Positions 1 through 8,398 of a stretch of 64,000 nucleotides of DNA are shown here, in pieces. Source of the DNA: Candidatus Aldehydirespirator sp. (GTDB taxonomy: Bacteria > Actinomycetota > Acidimicrobiia > Acidimicrobiales > Aldehydirespiratoraceae); NCBI GenBank assembly GCA_965203635.1, contig OZ241903.1:3330918-3394917 (forward strand), read 5' to 3'. A program made the translations under genes and the position numbers. The stretch's first letter is position 1; every line of letters starts with the position of its first letter. Under the pieces are notes generated by a model. It worked only from the letters and a program-made list of their open reading frames with translations, made no database searches and was not told the DNA's origin.

Positions 1-677
1 AGGGCATGGTCAACGCCATCCTGGCCGGCAACGGGGCGGCCACCTACGGGCCGTTCCCCACCACCGACCGCCAGTACGACCCCGCAGTGGAGCAGTTCAA
101 CCAGTTCGACGTGGATCTGGCCAACCAGAAGCTCGACGAGGCCGGCTGGGTGATGGGCGACGACGGCGTGCGGGTGCGCGACGGCAACCGCTTCGAGTTC
201 CGCTACCTGGTCGAGGACGAGTCGGTGCAGAAGAACGTGGCCGCCGCGGTGTCGGCCCAGTTCGCCAAGGTCGGCGTGAGGGCCAACCTCAACGTCGTTG
301 ACCGCGGCCTGGCCTTCGCCGAGCAGAGCCGGCCGGGACGCGACTCGGTGGAGATGTCGCTGTTCTTCTGGCTGTGGCCCATCCCCCTCGATGTGCTCAT
401 CCTGTTCGGCTGGTCGGCCACCATCCCGGTGCCGAACTTCTCTCACGCGGTAGAGCCCCGCATCGACGACGCCATTGCCGCGTGGCAGCAGTCGGGCACC
501 GAAGCCGAGGCGCAGGCCGCTTCGTCGGAGTTCCAGCTGGCCTGGGCCGAGCAACTGCCCTACCTGCCGATCATGAACCAGAACGCCACCTTCGTGCACC
601 ACAACAAGGTGCACGGCTGGCAGCCGTTCGTGTGGAACCTCTACCCGTACTACAACGACACGTGGATCGAGGGCTAG
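1..677 (+). CDS. ABC transporter substrate-binding protein, family 5 (peptide/nickel type), C-terminal part; 5' end outside window
   Basis: ORF 6..677 runs in from the window edge. It is followed by DppC/DppB/DppD-like genes, and the C-terminal region resembles SBP_bac_5 proteins. Confidence 0.7.
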   Translation, partial: GMVNAILAGNGAATYGPFPTTDRQYDPAVEQFNQFDVDLANQKLDEAGWVMGDDGVRVRDGNRFEFRYLVEDESVQKNVAAAVSAQFAKVGVRANLNVVDRGLAFAEQSRPGRDSVEMSLFFWLWPIPLDVLILFGWSATIPVPNFSHAVEPRIDDAIAAWQQSGTEAEAQAASSEFQLAWAEQLPYLPIMNQNATFVHHNKVHGWQPFVWNLYPYYNDTWIEG

Positions 678-692
678 CCGAGGCCGAGCGGA

Positions 693-742
693 GCCGAGGC
701 CGTGGCCCGAGCGGCCCGTGAGCGAAGCGAACAAGAGCGGGG
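693..742. repeat. GC-rich intergenic repeat, copy 1 (core GAGGCCGTGGCCCGAGCGGCCCGTGAGCGAAGCGAACAAGAGCG)
   Basis: Near-identical sequence recurs in reverse orientation at 3724..3771 and 44551..44600. A partial copy lies at 55631..55660. Confidence 0.8.
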
Positions 743-1737
743 AACAACACCTGAGCGACCGGGCTGACCGCGCCCTTGATACGGTGCCGGCCCTAGGCGC
801 AGGATCGGCCGTCGCAGCGCGGCGACTCGACTGGGAACACCGGCTCCTGGAGCTGGAGGAGGCCCAGCACATAGGCGGCATGCGGCGCAGCCTTCGCCGC
901 ATGCGCCACAACCGGCTGCTGCTGCTGGGGTCGGCCCTCGGCGTGGTGGTGCTGGCCGCGGGAATCTTGGGGCCGTGGCTGACCGGCGGCGACTACGTCT
1001 CCCAGGACTACTCGGCCATCCACCTCAAGCCGCTCAGCGACGGCCACATCTTCGGCACCGACGCCCTCGGGCGGGACATGGCCGTGAGGGTCTTCGTGGG
1101 CATCAGGGTGAGCCTCACCGTGGCCGCCGGCGTGACCCTGCTCGCGCTGGTGGCCGGAATCGTGCTCGGCATGGTGGCCGGCTACCTGCGGGGCTGGACC
1201 GACCGGGCCATCGGAGGGGCCGTCGACTTCATCTGGGGCTTCCCGCTGATCCTGCTGGCCGTGCTGTTCGTCGGAGGGATGGGCGGCGGCCTGTTCCCGG
1301 TGATCCTGGCCGTCGGGCTGGTCAACACCGCGGCCATCGCCCGAGTGGTCCGGGGCGAGGTTCTGACCCTGTCGCAGCGGGAGTTCGTGGAGGCGGCCCG
1401 GGCCGGCGGCTACTCGTCCATGCGCATCATGTGGCGCCACATCTTCCCCAACATCCTGGCCCCCGCATTCGTGCTGGCGTCCTACTACGTGGCCGTGGCC
1501 GTGATCGCCGAGGCCGCCCTGTCGTTCATCGGCCTGGGCGCCCAGCCTCCCACCCCGAGCCTGGGGCAGATGGTGGCCGACGGCCGCAACTTCCTGCGGC
1601 TGAACCACTGGGAGTCGACCATCCCCGGCATCGCCATCGTGCTGGTGGTGCTGTCGGTGAGCCTGATCGGCGACGGCCTGCGGGACGTGTTCGACCCGCG
1701 CCTGCGCCACGAGGCCAAGTCGGTGGACGAGCAATGA
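718..1737 (+). CDS. Peptide ABC transporter permease (DppC/OppC-like)
   Basis: Multi-TM protein with an EAA-loop region (EFVEAARAGGYSSMRIMWRHIFPNILAP). The GTG at 718 lies inside the intergenic repeat, so the real start may be the ATG at 880 (MRRSLRRMRHNRLLLLG...). Confidence 0.8.
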   Translation: MSEANKSGEQHLSDRADRALDTVPALGAGSAVAARRLDWEHRLLELEEAQHIGGMRRSLRRMRHNRLLLLGSALGVVVLAAGILGPWLTGGDYVSQDYSAIHLKPLSDGHIFGTDALGRDMAVRVFVGIRVSLTVAAGVTLLALVAGIVLGMVAGYLRGWTDRAIGGAVDFIWGFPLILLAVLFVGGMGGGLFPVILAVGLVNTAAIARVVRGEVLTLSQREFVEAARAGGYSSMRIMWRHIFPNILAPAFVLASYYVAVAVIAEAALSFIGLGAQPPTPSLGQMVADGRNFLRLNHWESTIPGIAIVLVVLSVSLIGDGLRDVFDPRLRHEAKSVDEQ

Positions 1738-1756
1738 GCACCAGGGGCATCCTGGC

Positions 1757-2674
1757 ATGAAGCGCATCGCGGCCCGCACCATCTACACGCTCATCGTGTT
1801 GCTGCTGTCGTCGATCGCGGTCTTCTACGCCATCCGGCTCTCGGGCGGCGACGCGGTGTCGGCCCGGCTGCCGGCCTCGGCCTCCTACGAGGAGCGCGAG
1901 GAGTTCCGGGAGCTGCTGGGCCTGAACGACCCCGTCCACGAGCAGTACTTCCGCTACATGGGCCGCCTGCTCACCTTCGACCTCGGCAAGTCGCTCACCA
2001 ACAACGCCGACATCTTCGACATGCTCACCCACCACGGCAAGAACAGCCTGATACTGGGGGCCGCCGCCTTCGGGCTGGTGTTCGCCATCGGGGTCCCGTT
2101 GGGCATCCTGGCCGCGGTCAGACGCAACGGTTGGGCAGACGGCTCGGTGATGACGTTCTCGGTGGCCGGCATGGCCGTGCCCAACTTCTGGCTGGCCCTG
2201 CTGACGGTGTGGTTATTCGCGTCCACGCTGGGGTGGCTGCCGTCGGCCGGATGCTGCAGCTTCAAGCAGCTGATCCTGCCCGCGGTGGTGCTGGCCATGG
2301 AGGGGATCGCCCTGACCGTCCGGATGACCCGCTCGGCCATGCTGGAGAACCTCGGCCAGGACTTCGTGAGGACGCTCAGGGCCGGCGGCCTGTCGGAGAC
2401 GAGCATCATCGGCAAACACGTGCTGCGCAACGCCATGGTGCCGATCATCTCCCTGGCCGGGCTGAGGATCGGCCAGATCGTCGGTTACGCCCTGGTGGTG
2501 GAGACGATCTTCGGGTGGCCCGGCCTCGGACAGGTGCTGGTCAACGCGGTGCTCAGGCGCGACTACCCGGTGGCCCAGTTCTTCTCGTTGGTGCTGATCG
2601 CCATCGTCGTGCTGAGCAACTGGGCGGCCGACGTGGGCTACACCGTGGCCAACCCCCGGCTGCGCAAGGCATGA
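1757..2674 (+). CDS. Peptide ABC transporter permease (DppB/OppB-like)
   Basis: 305 aa. The N-terminus (MKRIAARTIYTLIVLLLSSIAVF) and six-TM layout are typical of DppB-type permeases. Confidence 0.85.
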   Translation: MKRIAARTIYTLIVLLLSSIAVFYAIRLSGGDAVSARLPASASYEEREEFRELLGLNDPVHEQYFRYMGRLLTFDLGKSLTNNADIFDMLTHHGKNSLILGAAAFGLVFAIGVPLGILAAVRRNGWADGSVMTFSVAGMAVPNFWLALLTVWLFASTLGWLPSAGCCSFKQLILPAVVLAMEGIALTVRMTRSAMLENLGQDFVRTLRAGGLSETSIIGKHVLRNAMVPIISLAGLRIGQIVGYALVVETIFGWPGLGQVLVNAVLRRDYPVAQFFSLVLIAIVVLSNWAADVGYTVANPRLRKA

Positions 2675-2681
2675 GCCCGCC

Positions 2682-3692
2682 GTGAGCACCCCAGCAGACC
2701 AAGCCGCCGCCAACGGCTCGACCGAGGCACCGGTCCTGTCGGTCCGCAATCTCCACACCGCGGTCGGCACCCCTGAGGGTTCCTTCGACGTGGTGCGCGA
2801 CGTGTCCTTCGACATCCAACCGAATGAGGTGCTGTGCCTGGTGGGCGAGAGCGGATGCGGCAAGACGATCACCGCGCTGTCGATCATGCGGCTGCTGCCC
2901 ACTCCCCCGGTGCGGATCGCCTCCGGTGAGGTCGTCTTCGACGGCGACGACCTCACCCAGCTGCCGGCGCGCCGGGTCCGCGACGTCCGCTCCGAGCGCA
3001 TCTCGATGATCTTCCAGGATCCGCTGACATCGCTCGATCCGGTGTTCACGGTGGGCCAGGTGATGACCGAGGTGATCCGCACCCACCGCGACGCCACCAA
3101 GGCCGAAGCCCGCGACATGAGCGTCGACATCCTGAGAGCCGTTGGCCTGCCCGCCCCCGAGGAGCGGTTCGACTCGTACCCGCACGAACTGTCGGGCGGG
3201 ATGCGCCAGCGGGTGATGATCGCCACCGCGCTGGTGCTGGACCCCGAGATCCTCATCGCCGATGAGCCCACCACCGCGCTCGATGTGACCGTGCAGGCCC
3301 AGATCTTGGAGCGGCTGCGTCAGGAGCAGCAGGACCGCCACATGTCGATGCTGCTCATCACCCACGACCTGGCCGTGGTGGCCTCGATCGCCGACCGGGT
3401 GGCGGTGATGTACGCAGGCGAGATCGTGGAGGAGGCCCCGGTCGACGAACTGTTCTCCAACCCGCGCCATCCCTACACCCAGGGCCTGCTCCGGGCCCTG
3501 CCCCACGCCAGTCGCAAGCGCCGGGAGTTGGTCCCGATCCCGGGTCTGGTCCCGCCCATGCAGATGATGCCCCCGGGCTGCCGCTTCGCTCCCCGCTGCC
3601 CCCACGCTCTGGAGCAGTGCTGGAGCGACCATCCCCCCCACGAGGTGGAGGCCGGAGTGGGGTTCCGCTGCTTCAACCCCCAGCCGTTCTGA
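2682..3692 (+). CDS. Peptide ABC transporter ATP-binding protein (DppD/OppD-like)
   Basis: Walker A GESGCGKT, signature LSGGMRQR, Walker B ILIADEPTTALD, and an oligopeptide-type C-terminal extension (HPYTQGLL...PPGCRFAPRC). Confidence 0.9.
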   Translation: MSTPADQAAANGSTEAPVLSVRNLHTAVGTPEGSFDVVRDVSFDIQPNEVLCLVGESGCGKTITALSIMRLLPTPPVRIASGEVVFDGDDLTQLPARRVRDVRSERISMIFQDPLTSLDPVFTVGQVMTEVIRTHRDATKAEARDMSVDILRAVGLPAPEERFDSYPHELSGGMRQRVMIATALVLDPEILIADEPTTALDVTVQAQILERLRQEQQDRHMSMLLITHDLAVVASIADRVAVMYAGEIVEEAPVDELFSNPRHPYTQGLLRALPHASRKRRELVPIPGLVPPMQMMPPGCRFAPRCPHALEQCWSDHPPHEVEAGVGFRCFNPQPF

Positions 3693-3723
3693 CCGCTGGC
3701 TGACATGGCGCTATCGAGTTTCA

Positions 3724-3771
3724 CGCTCTTGTTCACTCCGCTCACGGGCCGCTCGGGCCACGGCCTCGCTG
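3724..3771. repeat. GC-rich intergenic repeat, copy 2 (reverse orientation)
   Basis: CGCTCTTGTTCACTCCGCTCACGGGCCGCTCGGGCCACGGCCTCGCTGC is the reverse complement of copy 1 with a few mismatches. Confidence 0.8.
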
Positions 3772-3790
3772 CACTCCCCCCGGAGTTCCC

Positions 3791-4516
3791 ATGACACAGC
3801 CGTCTCCCCGCTCGGCCTCTCGGCCGTACCCCATCGAGGTCGCGCTGGCCGACGGGACTGTGCTGCGGGGGATCGAGCATCCTGCCGACGGGCCGCCGCT
3901 GCTGTTCGTGCACGACCTCGGCGAGGACCTGGACGCCTGGGGTTCGGTGGCGCCCGCCGTGAGGGCGGAGGGCTTCCGGGTGATCTGCCTGGAACTCCGC
4001 GGTCACGGTCTCTCCGACGGCGAGCCCGACCCGTCGGCCACGGTCGGCGACGTGACCGGCGCGCTGGCCGAGGTGCAGGGCGCCTTCGGACCCTGCGGGC
4101 TGGTGGTCCACGGAACCGCGGCCCGGGCTGCCTTCGAACTGGGTGGTGAGCACGGCGCCCCGGTCCATGCTGTGATCAGCCCGGCGCCCGGATCGGGCCG
4201 CTCTGACGACGACTACGACGGCGTCGGGTCGGTCCCCTCCATGCGGGTGCTGTTCACCGGCGCGCACGACGAGCCCGTACACGAGCATGTGCGGACGAGC
4301 CATCCGAAAATGCGGGGTCAGAACATGTGGATCTCGACGGGCACCGCGCTGCGAGGCCCGGCCCTGCTACAGGAGCACCCCCACCTCGTGGAGCAGTTGG
4401 TGATGTTCATGCGCCGGCACCTCACCGCCTACCACCTCGCCTGGATCGCCGAGCAAGACACTCACCGGCAAGACTCCGAGGAACCAGGCTCCGAGGAACC
4501 AGGGTCCGACGAGTAA
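3791..4516 (+). CDS. Alpha/beta-hydrolase-fold protein with degenerate catalytic motifs
   Basis: LLFVHDLGEDLDAW...RVICLELRGHGLSDG matches the alpha/beta-hydrolase N-terminal pattern. The nucleophile elbow reads VVHGTAA rather than GxSxG. The C-terminal tail is SEEPGSEEPGSDE. Confidence 0.6.
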   Translation: MTQPSPRSASRPYPIEVALADGTVLRGIEHPADGPPLLFVHDLGEDLDAWGSVAPAVRAEGFRVICLELRGHGLSDGEPDPSATVGDVTGALAEVQGAFGPCGLVVHGTAARAAFELGGEHGAPVHAVISPAPGSGRSDDDYDGVGSVPSMRVLFTGAHDEPVHEHVRTSHPKMRGQNMWISTGTALRGPALLQEHPHLVEQLVMFMRRHLTAYHLAWIAEQDTHRQDSEEPGSEEPGSDE

Positions 4517-4541
4517 CGACCTATAAGAAAGGCCAGCCACC

Positions 4542-5408
4542 ATGGATGTAGTCGACGCCCACCTGCACCTGTTCAAGGCCCTCAGCGACGACTATCCGCG
4601 GGCCGTCTTCGGGGAAATGGCGCCGCCCGAGCGAGAAGAGCTCGCGGCGCGCCTGCTGGAGGCGATGGACGCCGCCGGCGTGGATCGGGCCGTCATCTGC
4701 GCCCTGTCGGAGCACGACCGCTACCTGGCCGAGGTGCTGGCCCAGCACCCGGGCAAGTTCGCGGGCGTAGCCGTGCACGACTTCGAGGACCCCGACCCGC
4801 TGGCCACCCTGCAACGCAGGATCGACGCCGGGATCGAAGGCGTCCGGTTCTACGGGCTGGAGGGTGAGCCCGGCGCCGAACCCGAGTCGCTGGCGGTGTT
4901 CCCGGTTCTGGCCGCCATGCGCGACGCGGGCATGAAGGCCTGGTTCTACGGGCCCGCCGACCAGGTGGCCCTGCTCGACGGCTGCCTGGACCTGCTGCCC
5001 GGCCTGAAGGTGGTGCTCAACCACCTCGGGTTCCTGCCCAACATGCATCTGGAGCTGCGGGTGGACGACTACCGGCGCCCCCGGTTCAACATGCCGCTAC
5101 CCCCTCCGGGACTGGAGGTCGTGGAGGCCCTGGCGGCCAAGCACTCCAGCGTGCACGTCCACCTCTCGGGGCACTACGCCTTCAGCGGCGCCCCCTACCC
5201 CTACCGGGACCTTCAGGAGACCACCGACCGGATCTACGCCGCCTTCGGCGCGGAGCGCATGGTGATGGCCTCGGACTGGCCCTGGATACGGGAGGAGCCC
5301 GGCTACCCCGAGACCCTCGGCGTGATCGACCAACTTCTTGGCGGCATCAGCTCTGCCGAGCGCGACATGATCCGCGGCGGCACCGCCATGTCGCTGTTCG
5401 ACTTCTAG
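4542..5408 (+). CDS. Amidohydrolase-2 (TIM-barrel metal hydrolase) family protein
   Basis: N-terminal metal motif VDAHLHLF; 288 aa; architecture like COG3618-type hydrolases. Confidence 0.7.
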   Translation: MDVVDAHLHLFKALSDDYPRAVFGEMAPPEREELAARLLEAMDAAGVDRAVICALSEHDRYLAEVLAQHPGKFAGVAVHDFEDPDPLATLQRRIDAGIEGVRFYGLEGEPGAEPESLAVFPVLAAMRDAGMKAWFYGPADQVALLDGCLDLLPGLKVVLNHLGFLPNMHLELRVDDYRRPRFNMPLPPPGLEVVEALAAKHSSVHVHLSGHYAFSGAPYPYRDLQETTDRIYAAFGAERMVMASDWPWIREEPGYPETLGVIDQLLGGISSAERDMIRGGTAMSLFDF

Positions 5409-5413
5409 ACGCC

Positions 5414-6565
5414 TTAGCTGCCCCACTCGTCGATGGCGTCGGCCAGGCGCTCGACTCCCTCCATCAGGAGGTCGGTGGCCGTCGCCAGCGAGATGCGCAC
5501 GAACCGGCCGGAGCCGGGGCCGAAGGTGTCGCCGGGAACCACCGCCACCCGCTTCTCCTTCAGCAGCCGGAGCACGAAGTCCTTGCCCGAGCAGCCGCTG
5601 CCGCTCACGTCGATCATCAGGTAGAAGGCGCCCCGCGGCCTCACATGGGGGATACCCCGGCCGGTCAGGAACCCGGTGACCAGGTCGCGCCGCTGCCGGT
5701 AGGCGTCGCGCATCTCGGCCACGCAATCCTGCGGACCGGTCACCGCGGCCAGGGCGCCCATCTGCGCGGGGGCGTTGACGCACGACGTGATCGGCTCCTG
5801 GGCCCGCACGATCAGCGGCGACACGCCCGGCGGCACCACCAGGTAGCCCACCCGCCACCCGGTCATGGCGTAGGTCTTGGAGAAGCTGAAGAAGGTGATC
5901 ACCCGGCCGTCGGTGTCGAGCGGCGCGGCCGGTGTGTACGGCCCGTCGAAGGAGATCTCGTCGTAGACCTCGTCGGAGAAGACCAGCAGATCGTGCCGGC
6001 GGGCCAGATCCATCAGCTCGGCCAGGGCGGCGGCATCGGTGACCGCTCCGGTCGGGTTCCCCGGAGAGTTGAGCAGGATGGCCTGCGTGCGCTCCGTGAT
6101 CAGCGGCTCGACGTCGGCGGCCTGCGGGACCAGATCGGCCTCGGGCCGCAGCGGGAAATGGACCGGCGTTATCTTCAGCAGCGTCATCATCTGGGCGTAG
6201 TTGGGCCAGCTCGGATCGCCCAGCAGCATCTCCGCGCCGGGGTCCACCAGCGAGACCATGGCGCTGTAGATCCCGGCCACAGCACCGGAGGTAACCACCA
6301 CCTGATCGGCGGTGGCATCGATGCCGTTGCGCTCGGTGACCTTGGCCGCCAGCGCCTCACGCAGCGGGGGGATCCCGGCGTTGGAGGTGTATTTGGTGAA
6401 CCCGTCGAACGCGGCCTCGGACGCGGCCTCGCAGACATGGCGGGGGGTGTCGAAGTTGGGCTCGCCCGTCTCCAGGCGGATGGCGCCGTCGATCGAGTTG
6501 GCCAGCTCCATGACCTCGCGTATGCCCGAGCGCGGCATCCCCGCGATGGGCTGCGACGGTCTCAT
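5414..6565 (-). CDS. Class I/II pyridoxal-phosphate aminotransferase (aspartate/aromatic type)
   Basis: 383 aa with the PLP-lysine region FSFSKTYAMTGWRVGY and NSPGNPTG. Confidence 0.85.
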   Translation of the reverse strand: MRPSQPIAGMPRSGIREVMELANSIDGAIRLETGEPNFDTPRHVCEAASEAAFDGFTKYTSNAGIPPLREALAAKVTERNGIDATADQVVVTSGAVAGIYSAMVSLVDPGAEMLLGDPSWPNYAQMMTLLKITPVHFPLRPEADLVPQAADVEPLITERTQAILLNSPGNPTGAVTDAAALAELMDLARRHDLLVFSDEVYDEISFDGPYTPAAPLDTDGRVITFFSFSKTYAMTGWRVGYLVVPPGVSPLIVRAQEPITSCVNAPAQMGALAAVTGPQDCVAEMRDAYRQRRDLVTGFLTGRGIPHVRPRGAFYLMIDVSGSGCSGKDFVLRLLKEKRVAVVPGDTFGPGSGRFVRISLATATDLLMEGVERLADAIDEWGS

Positions 6566-6579
6566 TCTCTATACGACCT

Positions 6580-7659
6580 CTACACGACCTGGCGGGCCTC
6601 GGGGAAGTGACAGGCCACCCAGTGGCCGCCGGTCACCTCATCGAGAGGAGGTTCCTGGACCCGGCACACCTCCTGGTCGCGCCCCACATGGCAACGGGTG
6701 TGGAAACGGCAGCCGGGCGGGGGGTTCAGCGGGCTGGGAACATCCCCCTCGAGCAGGATGCGCAGCCTTCCCCGCTCCAAGTCCGGGTCCGGCACGGGAA
6801 CCGCGGACAGCAGGGCATGGGTGTAGGGGTGCATCGACTCCGCGAACAGCCGCTCGGCGGAGGTGCGCTCCACGATCTTGCCCAGATACATCACCGCGAT
6901 GTCGTCGCACACATGGCGCACCACCGCCAGATCGTGGGCGATGAACAGGTAGGTGAGGCCCAGTTCCTGCTGGAGCTCGTCGAGGAGGTTCAGGACCTGG
7001 GCCTGGATCGACACGTCGAGCGCGGACACCGGCTCGTCGAGCACCAGGAAGCCGGGATCGAAGGCCAGGGCCCGGGCCACGCCGATGCGCTGGCGCTGCC
7101 CGCCGGAGAACTCGTGGGGGTAGCGGTCGATGATGCGGGGATTGAGGCCGACCAGCCGCAGCAGCTCGCCCACTCTGGTGTCCTGCTCCGTGCGGGGCAT
7201 CGAGGTGTGCACCTTGAGCGGCTCCCGCAGGGCCTGGCCCACCGTCATGCGGGGGTTCAGCGAGGCGAAGGGATCCTGGAACACGATCTGCATGTCGCGG
7301 CGCAGCCGGCGCAGGTCGGCCCGGCTGCTGGCGATGATGTCGATCCTCTCGGTCGTGCCGTCCGCTATCGGGCGCTGCAGGACCACCTCACCCGAGGTCG
7401 GCTCGATCAGGCGAAGGATGCACCGGGCGGTGGTGGACTTCCCGCAGCCCGACTCCCCCACCAGACCCAGCGTGCGCCCGAAGCCGATGTCGAAGGACAC
7501 GCCGGCCACCGCCGACACCTCGCCCTTCTCGCCGCCCAGCCAGCCGCCGCCCACCTCGAAGGTCTTCACGAGGCCGCGCACTGAAAGGGCCACATCGGAG
7601 CCGGTGCCGTTGGCGCCGGCGCCCTTCGAAACGCCTTCGACCGGCTTGGTCGGGTCCAT
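6580..7659 (-). CDS. Peptide ABC transporter ATP-binding protein (DppF/OppF-like)
   Basis: Walker A GESGCGKST, signature FSGGQRQR, Walker B LVLDEPVSALD, C-terminal PPGCRFHTRC. I chose the ATG at 7659 (MDPTKPVEG...) over the longer ORF start at 7806. Confidence 0.85.
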   Translation of the reverse strand: MDPTKPVEGVSKGAGANGTGSDVALSVRGLVKTFEVGGGWLGGEKGEVSAVAGVSFDIGFGRTLGLVGESGCGKSTTARCILRLIEPTSGEVVLQRPIADGTTERIDIIASSRADLRRLRRDMQIVFQDPFASLNPRMTVGQALREPLKVHTSMPRTEQDTRVGELLRLVGLNPRIIDRYPHEFSGGQRQRIGVARALAFDPGFLVLDEPVSALDVSIQAQVLNLLDELQQELGLTYLFIAHDLAVVRHVCDDIAVMYLGKIVERTSAERLFAESMHPYTHALLSAVPVPDPDLERGRLRILLEGDVPSPLNPPPGCRFHTRCHVGRDQEVCRVQEPPLDEVTGGHWVACHFPEARQVV

Positions 7660-7711
7660 CGGCGCGATGGTACTGTCTGGCCTCGACCAGTGAGAAAAGG
7701 AGCGGTCGACT

Positions 7712-8248
7712 ATGAGCAGTTTCCGAGGCGATCTGGGCGGCTTGACAGCCGATGAGATGGAGCAGTTCCTGGCGGGCAACCCCATCGCCCGCCTGGCCAC
7801 CATCAAGCCCGACGGGTCGCCCTACGTGATGCCTGTGTGGTACCAGTGGGACGGCGAGGCGCTGTACTTCGTCGGCCGCCAGCGGGCCCTGTGGTGTCAG
7901 TACATCCAGGCCGACGGCCGGGTCAGCGTGGTCATCGACGCCCCCCACAGCGACCCCGACGAGTCCGGCCAGTCGGTGGAGATCCCGAAGGTGTACATGG
8001 AGGGCACAGCCACCGTGGAGGAGGAGCCCAACGTCGGCGGTCGCTGGGTGCAGGTCGCGGAGCAGATGTCGTACCGGTACCTCGGCCCCAACGGCCCGAC
8101 CTACCTGGTGTCCACCCTCCAGCAGCCCCGCTGGCTCATCAAGCTGGTCCCCGACAAGATCAAGACCTGGAAGGGCGTCGGCTGGGCCCGTCGCTACTGG
8201 GTGGAGGAATCGGGGGGGCCCAGCTACGAGGAGGCCCACAGCTCCTAG
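7712..8248 (+). CDS. Pyridoxamine 5'-phosphate oxidase-like (PPOX-class, possibly F420/FMN-binding) protein
   Basis: 178 aa. LAGNPIARLATIKPDGSPYVMPVWYQWDGEALYF is typical of the split-barrel PPOX family. RBS AAAGGAG lies upstream. Confidence 0.7.
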   Translation: MSSFRGDLGGLTADEMEQFLAGNPIARLATIKPDGSPYVMPVWYQWDGEALYFVGRQRALWCQYIQADGRVSVVIDAPHSDPDESGQSVEIPKVYMEGTATVEEEPNVGGRWVQVAEQMSYRYLGPNGPTYLVSTLQQPRWLIKLVPDKIKTWKGVGWARRYWVEESGGPSYEEAHSS

Positions 8249-8398
8249 ACCGCAGGATCTCGGGTCGAAACCCGGCACATACGACCCAATACCAACCCGA
8301 GACTTCCGAGGAGGCCCCAAGCGCCCAACCCGCTCGACCTGTTCCGCCTCGACGGACGCGCCGCCCTTGTTACCGGCGGATCCAGGGGGCTCGGCGCG

